Source of the DNA: Phycisphaerae bacterium
GTDB taxonomy: Bacteria; Planctomycetota; Phycisphaerae; UBA1845; PWPN01
DNA: 61,734 nt
Assembly: GCA_016928855.1 (NCBI GenBank)
Contig: JAFGKA010000213.1
Location: 1-61,734, forward strand
Reading direction: 5' to 3'
Made by a program: the position numbers and the translations under genes. Below the pieces are notes generated by a model, which worked only from the letters and a program-made list of their open reading frames with translations, had not been told where the DNA came from and did no database searches. Shown one piece after another: positions 36,535-46,144 of the stretch. Position 1 is the first letter of the stretch. Each line of letters opens with the position of its first letter.

Positions 36535-36654
36535 ACCCCCGATTTCGGCGTTTTCTCTACGATGCGCCGATCGAACCGTAAACCAAGCTCTAATAAGCCT
36601 TTACCCCCGTTTTTCGCCCCTTTTCTTTTGGCTCTGTTTTCCCTGTGCTTCATG
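36535..36654 (-). repeat. Outer element end, homolog of inner end 22109-22228
   Basis: 84/120 identities without gaps; terminus CATGAAGCACAGGGAAAAC on the minus strand; ATCGTAGA(T/G)A site variants at 36524-36534 and 36554-36563. Confidence 0.85.
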
Positions 36655-36762
36655 GGTTTGCGCCGGCCATGCTCTAGCTCGCCTGGGCTGCTGCGACTGG
36701 ACATATTCCGGCGACGCCACGATGATTGGCGGGCTATTGATGCTAACGGAGTGAGGCTTGCC

Positions 36763-37932
36763 ATGACCCAACGCGATACGATGACTTCCCGGCAGCGTCT
36801 GCAGACCGCGATCCGCCACGAGGTGCCGGACCGGGTGCCGCTCGATCTGGGCGGGTTCCAGACCGGCATTCACCGGCTCGCCTACCTGGATCTGCTCAAG
36901 CACCTCGGCATTGAGGACGACGTCACGATCCTCGACCCCGTCCAGCAACTGGCCAAGCCGTGCGAGGCCGTACTCGAGCGGCTGCGGATCGATACCCGGT
37001 ACGTCGTGGCCCACGGCCCGGAAAGCTTCACCGGCGGCATCGAGCAGAACACCCGTGACGGCCGTCTCTGGCACGACCTCAAGGACGAGTTCGGCGTTGT
37101 CTGGTCGATGCCGGACGACGAACAGCTCTATATGGATATCTCGCATCACCCGCTGGCCGCGGCTTCGATCGACGAGATTCGCAACTACCCGTTCCCAAGG
37201 GGCGACGATCCAACGCGGTTCACCGGCGTACGCGAGGCGGCTTTGCGGCTGCGCAACGAGACGCCGTACGCGCTATGCACGGGCATCGGCGGCGTGGTGT
37301 ACGAAACCTGCTGGTACATGCGCGGGCTCGAGCGGTGGTTCATGGACACGATCGAGAACCTCAGCGTCTGCGAGCTGCTGCTGGACCGGATGGCCGAATA
37401 CTGGATCGGCTTCTATACCGCGTTCATGGCCGAGGTCGGCGATCTGGTCGACGTCGTCATGATCGGCGACGACCTGGCCGGCCAGCGTGGGCCGCTGTTC
37501 TCGCCCGTGACGTACCGTGAACTCGTCAAGCCTCGACAGAAGCGCCTCGTCCAGCACATCAAGTCGTTGACGAACGCGAAGATCTGGTACCACACGTGCG
37601 GGGCATGCACGGTCTATATCCCCGAGCTGGCCGACAACGGCGTCGATATCCTCAACCCGGTTCAGATCGGCATCGAGGACATGGAGCCGCAGTCGCTCAA
37701 GGCCCGGTTCGGCAAGCAGATGGTGTTCTGGGGCGGGGGGATCGATGCCCAGCACGTCTTGCCCACCGCGACGCCCGCCGAGGTCCGCGAGCACGTCCGG
37801 CGCAACATCAGCGCGTTCAAGCCCGGCGGCGGCTACGTGTTCAACAACGTGCACAACATTCAGGCCGGTGTGCCGGCGGCGAACGTCGTTGCGCTTTTCG
37901 ATGCGGCGCATGAGTTCGGCGCTTATGCGTGA
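36763..37932 (+). CDS. Uroporphyrinogen decarboxylase / MtaA-CmuA family protein
   Basis: PDRVPLDLG, YMRGLE, GDDLAGQ, YHTCG, DILNPVQ, FWGGGID, HNIQ. Confidence 0.88.
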   Translation: MTQRDTMTSRQRLQTAIRHEVPDRVPLDLGGFQTGIHRLAYLDLLKHLGIEDDVTILDPVQQLAKPCEAVLERLRIDTRYVVAHGPESFTGGIEQNTRDGRLWHDLKDEFGVVWSMPDDEQLYMDISHHPLAAASIDEIRNYPFPRGDDPTRFTGVREAALRLRNETPYALCTGIGGVVYETCWYMRGLERWFMDTIENLSVCELLLDRMAEYWIGFYTAFMAEVGDLVDVVMIGDDLAGQRGPLFSPVTYRELVKPRQKRLVQHIKSLTNAKIWYHTCGACTVYIPELADNGVDILNPVQIGIEDMEPQSLKARFGKQMVFWGGGIDAQHVLPTATPAEVREHVRRNISAFKPGGGYVFNNVHNIQAGVPAANVVALFDAAHEFGAYA

Positions 37933-37979
37933 TGCGGCAACCGGCGGCCTGTTGGCCATGGCGAGATATTGCGCCAGTG

Positions 37980-38079
37980 ATGGACATTATGGACGAGATG
38001 GACGGCATGGACGTCCGGTCCGGACTCGCGTCTGTTCTCTCTCGGCTATTCGCGTTGATTCGCGTCCATTCGCGGTTCG
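37980..38079. repeat. Intergenic 9-mer and 10-mer short tandem repeats
   Basis: ATGGACNNN x4 (37980, 37989, 37998, 38007); ATTCGCGNNN x3 (38048, 38058, 38068). Confidence 0.75.
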
Positions 38080-38085
38080 TCTTTC

Positions 38086-39495
38086 CTACGCTTGTTCTTC
38101 TTCCGTGACTGGCACGACCGGAAACGCGCCGCCGGCCGGCTCCCAGAACTTCTCGATCTCTTCGAGCGTCTTGCCCTTCGTCTCGGGCACGATCGCCGCG
38201 ACAAACAGCACGGTCAGGACGCACATGACGGCGTAGCCCCAGAACGGCCACGTGAAACCGACAGCCTTGATCAACGGAGGGAACGACTGGGCCACCGCGA
38301 AGCAGGCGATCCACAGGCTGACCGTCGCGATCGCCATCGCCCGGCCGCGAATCCTCGTGGGGAAGATCTCGGCAATCACCACCCAGACGACCGGCCCGAG
38401 GCCGATGCCGAACGACGTAATGTAGCACAGGATCGGAATCAAGACGAATACCCCGGGGCTGCGACCACCGTGGAAGCTCAGCCCGGCGAAGAATAGCGAT
38501 ACTGCCATGCCGCTCGTACCGATCAACATCAACAACCGACGGCCCACCTTGTCCACGGCTGCCAGGGCAACAATCGTACTGATCACATTCACGATACCCA
38601 CGCCGACAGTCGCGAGGAGCGCCGCAGAATCCGAACCGACACCGGCCCCCAAGAAGATGTCTGGAGCGTAATAGATAACCGTGTTGATACCGGTGATCTG
38701 TTGCAGAATCGCCATCACCACGCCGATCACCAGCGCAAGGCGAAGCCCGGGCCGCAGGAGCTGAAGTACGGAGCCCGCTTCGTGCGCGATCGCTTCGCGG
38801 ATTTCGCCAAGCTCGAGCTGGGCATGCCGCCATCCGCCAACGCGAGCCAGAATGCCCAGTGCCTCCTTCAGTCGCCCCTGTTTGGCCAGCCACCGCGGGC
38901 TCTCCGGCACAATGAACAGGGCGAAGAAGAACAGAGCCGCTCCGGGTGCCTCGGCCAGGAACATATAGCGCCAGTTGTGAACCCCGGTACCTTCCAGTGC
39001 CCAGTTCGTCATATTGGCACAGAGAATTCCGCAGACAATCGTCATCTGGTTCAGCACGACGAGTCGGCCGCGAATCCGCGCCGGCGCGATCTCGGCGATA
39101 TACATTGGCGAAACCATCGACGCCACGCCGACGGCCAGGCCACCGATGAACCGGGCCACGGTCAACTCCATGAAGTTTCTCGCGACAGCGCAGCCAAGGG
39201 CGGAAACGACGAAGAAGCCGGCGGCAGCAATCAGGATCTTCTTGCGGCCGAAGCGGTCGCAGAGCGAACCGACGGCCGCAACGCCAACGGCGCACCCGAT
39301 GAGGACGCTGGCGACGACGAAGCCCTTCTCAAATGATGTCAATCCGAACTGCCGCTCGACAAAGACGATCGCGCCCGAGATGACGGCCGTGTCAAAGCCG
39401 AACAACAGGCCACCGACGGCGGCGACCGTGCAAACGACATATACATAGCCACGACTGCCGTGTTCCGGCAGGGCAGCCAGTTCGGGTGTTTCCAT
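38086..39495 (-). CDS. Sugar porter family MFS transporter
   Basis: GGLLFGFDTAVISGA, DRFGRK, PESPRWL, QQITGIN, PETKGKTLEEIE. Confidence 0.95.
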   Translation of the reverse strand: METPELAALPEHGSRGYVYVVCTVAAVGGLLFGFDTAVISGAIVFVERQFGLTSFEKGFVVASVLIGCAVGVAAVGSLCDRFGRKKILIAAAGFFVVSALGCAVARNFMELTVARFIGGLAVGVASMVSPMYIAEIAPARIRGRLVVLNQMTIVCGILCANMTNWALEGTGVHNWRYMFLAEAPGAALFFFALFIVPESPRWLAKQGRLKEALGILARVGGWRHAQLELGEIREAIAHEAGSVLQLLRPGLRLALVIGVVMAILQQITGINTVIYYAPDIFLGAGVGSDSAALLATVGVGIVNVISTIVALAAVDKVGRRLLMLIGTSGMAVSLFFAGLSFHGGRSPGVFVLIPILCYITSFGIGLGPVVWVVIAEIFPTRIRGRAMAIATVSLWIACFAVAQSFPPLIKAVGFTWPFWGYAVMCVLTVLFVAAIVPETKGKTLEEIEKFWEPAGGAFPVVPVTEEEQA

Positions 39496-40068
39496 CTTCG
39501 CTTCTTCGGGCACGACGCATACCTCTCGCACGGGGGATATGATCCGAAACTGCCGCACACGATACCGGCCCGCCGAGCGGCCGGCAACCTTCTCGCCGGG
39601 GTTAAAGACAGGATAGACACATCTGCATCCGGTTTTCCCCGTTCTCGGACGGAATTGTGGGTGTGCCACTGGCTTTGAGCTTGCTGTTACCCACATTTGT
39701 CCTATCTGTTCAACGGTTGCAGGAGGCATCGCGCCGGCCCTCTTCGAGGGGGCCTTCCTGGCGGGCTACGGGCTGCTGCGAAGGGATGGACCGCCTAGGC
39801 GCACCGAAACGCGCGGCACGGCGCAGCCTTTGGAGATGGTATGTGTAAAGGCGGTCTCGCGTTGGTGCGACCAAACTCGCCCGATTTAATGACGTGAATG
39901 CCGGATCGCTCCAGGAGCTGGCGACGGGCCATGAACGTCCTGCGTGCCACAAATGTGGCAAATGGTGGTAAAATAGGCAAGATCTAGCCCCGAGTGCGGG
40001 TGTCTTACCAGCGGCAACGGCTGCTTTGGCCGTTGCTGAATCCGGCTCCTCGCTCTAGAATCCACCTC

Positions 40069-41598
40069 ATGTTGGCACGACTGCATAGCGTAGCGTTGGT
40101 TGGGATCGAGGCGGTGCCTTGCGAGGTCGAGGTGGATGTGACCTCGCGGGGGTTCAGCAGTGCGGCGATCGTGGGGCTGCCCGACACGGCGGTCAAGGAG
40201 AGCCTCGACCGGATTCGCAGCGCGTTGGGCAACTGTGGCTACAGCTTTCCGCGGCATCATGTGACGATCAACCTCGCGCCGGCCGACCTGCGGAAGGAGG
40301 GGCCGGCGTTCGACCTGCCTATGGCACTGGGGCTGCTGTTCGCTAACGGCCAGGGCATGGTCGAGCGGGCCGCCGAGTACCTCGTCGTCGGCGAGCTGGC
40401 CCTCGACGGACGGGTGAGGCCGATCCGGGGGGCGCTCTCGACGGCGATGCTGGCCCGCGATCGCGGCCTGACCGGCGTGATCGTCCCCCGCGAGAACGCC
40501 AACGAGGCCGGCGTCGTCGATGGCGTCGATGTCATCCCGGTCAGCTCGATCAGCGAGGCCCTGGGCTTCCTGACCGACCAGCTCCCGCTCGAGCCGGCGT
40601 GCGTGGACCTCGACGCCCTCTTCGCCGAGTCGTCGGCGTACGACATCGACTACAGCGACGTCCGCGGCCAGGAGGCGGCCAAGCGGGCGTTCGTCATCGC
40701 CGCGGCGGGGGCGCACAACCTGCTGCTGATCGGCCCGCCGGGCTCGGGCAAGACAATGCTGAGCCGGCGGATGCCGACGATCATGCCGCCGCTGACGCTA
40801 GCCGAGTCGCTTGAGACGACACGGATCTACTCGGCGGCGGGCAAGCTGCCCAACGGCACGAGCCTCATGGCCCGGCGGCCGGTCCGCAGCCCGCATCATT
40901 CGGCCAGCGGCCCGGCGCTGGTCGGCGGCGGGACCGTGCCGCAGGCCGGCGAGGTCTCGCTGGCCCATCACGGCATCCTGTTCCTCGACGAGTTCCCCGA
41001 GTTCCCGCGGACGATTCTCGAGACGCTGCGCCAGCCGCTCGAGGAGGGCACGGTCACGATCGCCCGGGCCCACGCGTCGGTGGCGTTCCCGGCGAGCTTC
41101 ATGCTGATTGCGTCGATGAACCCGTGCCCCTGCGGCTACTTCACCGACCCGCAGCGCAAGTGCAAGTGCACGCCGCCGCAGATCGATCGCTACCTCGCGC
41201 GGATCAGCGGGCCGCTGATCGACCGGATCGACATGCACATGGAGGTGCCGGCCGTGCCGTACCGCGAGTTGCGCACCAGCCGCGACGGCACGAGCAGCGC
41301 GGTGATGCGCGAGCAGGTGCTCGCCGCCCGCGCCGTGCAGCGCGAGCGCTTCGGCCACGCCAGCACCATACTCAACGGCACGATGGGCCCGCGCGCCCTG
41401 CGGAAGCACTGCACAATCGACGACGCCGGCGAGACGATCCTGCGCCAGGCGATGACCGAACTCGGCCTGAGCGCCCGCGCCCACGACAAAGTCCTCCGCG
41501 TAGCCCGCACCATCGCCGACATCGAGGGCACCGCCACCATCGCCGGCCACCACCTGACCGAAGCGATCATGTACCGCCGCCTGGACCGGCAGTTGTGA
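40069..41598 (+). CDS. comM: ComM/YifB Mg-chelatase-like AAA+ ATPase
   Basis: VGLPDTAVKES, NLAPADLRKEG, GPPGSGKT, GEVSLAHHGILFLDE, NPCPCG, LSARA...VARTIAD. Confidence 0.95.
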   Translation: MLARLHSVALVGIEAVPCEVEVDVTSRGFSSAAIVGLPDTAVKESLDRIRSALGNCGYSFPRHHVTINLAPADLRKEGPAFDLPMALGLLFANGQGMVERAAEYLVVGELALDGRVRPIRGALSTAMLARDRGLTGVIVPRENANEAGVVDGVDVIPVSSISEALGFLTDQLPLEPACVDLDALFAESSAYDIDYSDVRGQEAAKRAFVIAAAGAHNLLLIGPPGSGKTMLSRRMPTIMPPLTLAESLETTRIYSAAGKLPNGTSLMARRPVRSPHHSASGPALVGGGTVPQAGEVSLAHHGILFLDEFPEFPRTILETLRQPLEEGTVTIARAHASVAFPASFMLIASMNPCPCGYFTDPQRKCKCTPPQIDRYLARISGPLIDRIDMHMEVPAVPYRELRTSRDGTSSAVMREQVLAARAVQRERFGHASTILNGTMGPRALRKHCTIDDAGETILRQAMTELGLSARAHDKVLRVARTIADIEGTATIAGHHLTEAIMYRRLDRQL

Positions 41599-41608
41599 GG
41601 GGCAGGGT

Positions 41609-41917
41609 ATGCCTTTGTCTCATCAGGAGGTGATGCGACGGATCCGGGACGCCGTCCTGGAGTGTCGGTATATCGTAACGCCGCATGCGTGGATGGAGAT
41701 GCGGGAGGACGATCTGATCGTGGCGGACATTGAATCAGCCCTCCTTGGCGGTAGAATAGCAGAGGAGTACCGGGATGATCCTCGCGGCACGCGTTATCGT
41801 GTATTGGGCATAGCGACGGATCTGGATACGCCGGTAGCTGTGGTTGTACGGTTTGTGGTGGAAGGGCAACTGCTTGTGATCACAACGTTCGTACCAAAAG
41901 CCGATGCTGAGACGTAG
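41609..41917 (+). CDS. DUF4258-like putative toxin
   Basis: YIVTPHAWMEMREDDL...EEYRDDPRG...LLVITTF; paired with the Zn-finger ORF. Confidence 0.75.
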   Translation: MPLSHQEVMRRIRDAVLECRYIVTPHAWMEMREDDLIVADIESALLGGRIAEEYRDDPRGTRYRVLGIATDLDTPVAVVVRFVVEGQLLVITTFVPKADAET

Positions 41918-41921
41918 TGTC

Positions 41922-42155
41922 ATGTACGATTTTCCATGTGAGTACTGTTCGGGAACGGTCCGCGAGCAACGGCTGGATCGTGAAGTGCTCAACCACGCGC
42001 GCGGTGTGGTGATCCTGGAAAACGCCCCCATCGGCGTGTGCGATCACTGCCAGGCTCATTACTACAGCGCGGAAGTCCTCAAACGTGTAGAGGCAATTCT
42101 CGACGGCAACACGCCATCCACGCGCACCGAATCCGTTCCCGTCGCGACGTTTTGA
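41922..42155 (+). CDS. YgiT/MqsA-type zinc finger protein (putative antitoxin)
   Basis: CEYCSG...ENAPIGVCDHCQAHYY. Confidence 0.8.
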   Translation: MYDFPCEYCSGTVREQRLDREVLNHARGVVILENAPIGVCDHCQAHYYSAEVLKRVEAILDGNTPSTRTESVPVATF

Positions 42156-42275
42156 AGACTCGCAGTGTACGTGGCGGCAGCAGCTATTCCGGTGCAGCAA
42201 ACAAGTGTGTCCAACCGAGGCTGCAGTCACGTGAGAACACATCAGGGCAGGGTCGCGCAGCTCGGCGGAGATACA

Positions 42276-43094
42276 ATGATGATGGACGACCTGGAAGATC
42301 TAACGACATGGCAGGCAATGGGCCATCCCGAACTGTCCGAGAGGAAGCCGGAAGAACTCTTCAATGCCGACTTTGCCGAACGCTATCGTCAACTGCACCG
42401 GATACTCTATGAGCGAGTCATCCGCCTGCATGGCACCATTCACACGCTAGAACAACTTGAGGAGTTCCCCTTCGGCTACATCTATGGTCCGCGCGATAAC
42501 GAGTTCTGGCGACTCGTTTTCGAAAACTTCTTCGACGCCGCCTGTTTGAAGCTGCACGGATTGGCCACTGATCGCGGGTCTGCCGTGCACAACGTTGTTT
42601 CCTTCAAGAACAAGGTCATCATGGGGCCGTGGCGTGACACCCGCCTTCACACGCTGCTCAAAGGCACATTGCGGGAGCGGAAGTTCGATGAGCGTGCCCA
42701 ATCCGTCGCCACACGCATAGAGGCAATTCGCCATACACACATCGCCCATTTCCTTATCGACACGAATGCGAACGATAGTCTGCCTCACCTGGAAGGGGTT
42801 AGCCTGCGCGAGGTGCGGCACCTTTTCGATGCCGTGCATTCTCTATTTGGCGCTCTTTCATTTGGTGCGGCATTCGTTACGCTTCCGGGCGACCTGATGC
42901 CGTCGACGGTCGGCGGCAAACCAACGCGGACATGCCTCGATACCGTGCTGGATGCTGTCCTGCGCGATAGCCCTTTCGTGACGCGCCCGGAGCGCAATGG
43001 TGAGTTCTGGTCGCATATCCGGAAACACATTCCGCAACAGAGACTTGACGTCATGAACACCCTGCGAAGACGCGTTGGCCTCTCTGAAGCATGA
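42276..43094 (+). CDS. Putative HEPN (AbiU2-like) domain protein
   Basis: Helical protein with LKLHGLATD and IRHTHIAH (R-x5-H). Confidence 0.55.
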   Translation: MMMDDLEDLTTWQAMGHPELSERKPEELFNADFAERYRQLHRILYERVIRLHGTIHTLEQLEEFPFGYIYGPRDNEFWRLVFENFFDAACLKLHGLATDRGSAVHNVVSFKNKVIMGPWRDTRLHTLLKGTLRERKFDERAQSVATRIEAIRHTHIAHFLIDTNANDSLPHLEGVSLREVRHLFDAVHSLFGALSFGAAFVTLPGDLMPSTVGGKPTRTCLDTVLDAVLRDSPFVTRPERNGEFWSHIRKHIPQQRLDVMNTLRRRVGLSEA

Positions 43095-43107
43095 AAGGAA
43101 CATTGCC

Positions 43108-43521
43108 ATGGGCTTGTTTTCGTTCTTTCGACGCTGGTGTGGAGGCCGCGATGACCGATGGACCGTCGGTACGGGCGCGGATGATGGCAAGCTCCTCATC
43201 GTCCGTGCACGCCAGGACGTACCGGCCGGCATCGCGACGGAGCGCTATCGCCACCTGATGATCATCGGCTGGAAGTACGCGGTCGACGATGAACGTGGCA
43301 TGCCGTCGACAGCCGAAGCTGATCGCATGGCAACCTTGGAGGACGCACTCGACCGCTCCCTCGAACGCGGACGTAGCGCGTTCATGACAGCGGTCGTTAC
43401 GTGCAACGGCATCCGGGAATGGCAATGGTACGCCCGCGACCCGAACGAGGCGGAGCAGTTCCTGAACAAAGGCCTTTCTCGCTACCCTCGCAGCGATCTC
43501 GATCGCGAACCGGTGGTGTGA
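43108..43521 (+). CDS. DUF695-like protein
   Basis: WTVG...GKLLIVR, GMPS..E...M..LEDAL, TCNGIREWQWY. Confidence 0.7.
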   Translation: MGLFSFFRRWCGGRDDRWTVGTGADDGKLLIVRARQDVPAGIATERYRHLMIIGWKYAVDDERGMPSTAEADRMATLEDALDRSLERGRSAFMTAVVTCNGIREWQWYARDPNEAEQFLNKGLSRYPRSDLDREPVV

Positions 43522-43522
43522 A

Positions 43523-43756
43523 ATGGCTGGAAAAAAGACATTCGATTGCGTTGCTATGAAGGACGAGATCCAGCAGCGTCGCCACCGGCAATACGCGGGC
43601 TTGAGCGACGAACAGATCCGCCAGCGCATGCGTGAGGCCCTCGCAACCTCGTCGGACCCTGCTGCCCGCAAATGGCGCGAGATCGCAGCCGCGGAACCGA
43701 AGGGTGCACAATCCGCTGATCGCAACGACGTCGATTCCGGCGCGTGCCGGATTTGA
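43523..43756 (+). CDS. Small hypothetical protein (KKxFDCVxMK type)
   Basis: MAGKKTFDCVAMKDEIQ...GLSDEQ, resembling small TA-associated proteins. Confidence 0.55.
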   Translation: MAGKKTFDCVAMKDEIQQRRHRQYAGLSDEQIRQRMREALATSSDPAARKWREIAAAEPKGAQSADRNDVDSGACRI

Positions 43757-44105
43757 AGATCGAGGACTGGGAGCGGGAATCGACCACACAATGACGCAAT
43801 CATCATTCAGACCCACTGATGATCAAATCAGGACAGCCGTCATGTCGCCGCATTACGAGATCTCGCAAATGCTCGACGCTTCTCATTGGTTGGACGACAA
43901 ATGGCGGGTGAAGTACCAGGACGCTCGCGAGAGCCTTCGACAAGGCCCCTGGTGAATCCCGTGGGGGTCACCGTCACGGGCCATCTTGACGGGATGTAGT
44001 CCTTCTTGTGCCTTTTCGTGTATTTCGTAACTATTCTGTATGATTGCGCCGTCGTTCGATGGCGTAATTGGGGAGCCTTGTCGCGAAAATCGCGGCTGGA
44101 GGAAC

Positions 44106-46082
44106 ATGCCGGTGACTACCTGTTGCGAAGTGCACCATTGTCTGTACCTGGCCGGGCTGATCCTGGCCGGACTCGCGAGTCGTGCGGCGGCTGGGGTGCG
44201 GCCTGTGGATCTGACGCAGTTCTTTGTCGCCCCCGATCAGGAGACAGTGCTGCAGTGGACGGCCGACGCCGATGAAACGCGGGCGGCGCTGACGTACGCC
44301 ATCACGAACTATCGCGGTGGCCGTGTGGTCGCCGCCGGCGAGGCCGCGATTGGCGACGCTCGGCGGGTTGAGGTTCCAGTCAAGCTGGCCCGAGGGTATT
44401 ACGAGATCGCCTTTGCCCAGACCGACCAGCGGTTCGGTATCTGTGCGATTCCCGAACATGTCGGACCGTCGGACCCCTTCTTCTGCATGGACGCCGCACT
44501 GTCGTGGCTCGAAATGCGGCCCGACATTCGCGACGGCCTGGTCCGCATGCTCAAACGCATCGGCGTTGCCGTCTCGCGCGAGCGGCTGAGCTGGGGCGCG
44601 GTGCATTGGGGCGGCGAGCAATGGGACTGGCAGGCGGGCCGGCAGTACGAATCGCTGCGACAGACCTACGACCGCCACGGCGTAAAGATCCTCGAGATGT
44701 TCCACGACGCCCCGGGGTGGATGGGCACAGCGCAGGGCAATCCGTTTCCAACCGACCTGCTGGCTGTGGCCCGCTCCTGGGAGCGAATCGAGCGGCAGTG
44801 GCATCCGTATTGGGCGGCGCTCGAGATCTGGAACGAGCCGGACATCTTCTTCGGCGGCAATCTGCCGGCGGACCAGTATGTGCCTGTGGCCAAGGCCGTC
44901 GCGTTCGCCCTGCGCGATGCGAAGCCGGCGACGCCGCTTGTCGGCGGGGTGCTGACGAACATGTGCCCGGATGCCTATCGCCGAAGCTGCGCGTTGAACG
45001 GCCTGCTCGATCAGATCAACATCCTGAGCTTTCACACGTACCTCCATGCCGACACGATCGAGGAGATGGTGCAGACGTACCGCACGTGGCTCAAGGCGAA
45101 CGGCAAGGAGTCCATGCCGCTATGGATCACCGAGTCGGGCCGGCCGTGGCCGCGCGGGCCGGAGCGACCGCCGGCGGGCAAAGACGCGTACAGCGCGCTG
45201 GATGTCACTATAAAGGCCATTGAGGCCCGCGCGTGCGGCGTGGCTGCGTACTTCCCGTTCGTTTACGTCTACTACGAGGAGCGGGACAAGAACTTCGCGA
45301 TGATGGGCAAAGAAGTATCGCCGTTGCGTTCGATGGCGGCGTACGCCCAGGCGGTCGCGGTGCTGTCCGGCAAGTCGTACCGCGGCGACCTGGTCGTCAC
45401 GGACCCGGCCATCAAGCGGGCGCGGGTCTTCGGCAACGACAAGCGGTCGGTGATCGTGCTCTATACCGGTCAAGCCAAGGGGCGGGCTACGGCGAAGCTG
45501 GACATTCCCTTCAGGCGGCTCGCCGGCCTCGATGGCCGCACACTGTCCGCGAAGGAGCGTGGCGTCATCCCCGTTCAGGACGGACTCACGTACGTCTGGG
45601 CGGATTCGGCCAGGATCGCGGGCGCGCTGCGCACGGATACGCCGGCAGCGAGGCTCTACGCCGTCAGCCGGCAGGCGCCGCCGCAGCGGCCAGCGCCGTC
45701 GCCGATCGTGCTGCAGCATCTGTTCGATCCCGCACAGGCCACGGCCGCGACGACCGGGTACACCCTCTCGCCGGAGGCGGCCGCGAAATTCGCGCTGCGC
45801 ATCCGGGTGCACAACCTCGCCGAACGGCCGGAGCGGGTTATGCTCACCGTAACGCAGGTGGGCGTTCAGAATGCCGATGTTGCGCCGAACTGCTCGGCCG
45901 ACGTGGCGGCGACGGGCCACGCAGACATCACATGGGAGCTCGACCTCGGCCGGCTGGTTGATCCGCAACGCGCCTGCACGCTTATCGTATCCGCCAAAGG
46001 CCAGCAAACCGATCGCGTCAGCCCGCTGGCGATTGACGTGAACATCAAGCGCGAGGAGGCGGCAACGCAGCCGGCACACTGA
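44106..46082 (+). CDS. Secreted clan GH-A glycoside hydrolase-like protein
   Basis: EIWNEPD, LSFHTY, WITESG; signal-like segment. Start uncertain. Confidence 0.75.
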   Translation: MPVTTCCEVHHCLYLAGLILAGLASRAAAGVRPVDLTQFFVAPDQETVLQWTADADETRAALTYAITNYRGGRVVAAGEAAIGDARRVEVPVKLARGYYEIAFAQTDQRFGICAIPEHVGPSDPFFCMDAALSWLEMRPDIRDGLVRMLKRIGVAVSRERLSWGAVHWGGEQWDWQAGRQYESLRQTYDRHGVKILEMFHDAPGWMGTAQGNPFPTDLLAVARSWERIERQWHPYWAALEIWNEPDIFFGGNLPADQYVPVAKAVAFALRDAKPATPLVGGVLTNMCPDAYRRSCALNGLLDQINILSFHTYLHADTIEEMVQTYRTWLKANGKESMPLWITESGRPWPRGPERPPAGKDAYSALDVTIKAIEARACGVAAYFPFVYVYYEERDKNFAMMGKEVSPLRSMAAYAQAVAVLSGKSYRGDLVVTDPAIKRARVFGNDKRSVIVLYTGQAKGRATAKLDIPFRRLAGLDGRTLSAKERGVIPVQDGLTYVWADSARIAGALRTDTPAARLYAVSRQAPPQRPAPSPIVLQHLFDPAQATAATTGYTLSPEAAAKFALRIRVHNLAERPERVMLTVTQVGVQNADVAPNCSADVAATGHADITWELDLGRLVDPQRACTLIVSAKGQQTDRVSPLAIDVNIKREEAATQPAH

Positions 46083-46144
46083 GAATTCCGGCTGCGCCGC
46101 GTTTGGCTTCGCGCGAGTCGTCCGACTTCGTGGGGATCGGCCAT

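Larger units (their letters stand above)
8155..36654. mobile_element. Putative outer non-autonomous cargo transposon (about 14.5 kb once the nested element is removed)
   Basis: Left end 8155-8201 + 22234-22273 matches inner end 8202-8288 (80/87). Right end 36535-36654 matches inner end 22109-22228 (84/120, no gaps). No transposase of its own and no target duplication found. Confidence 0.65.
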
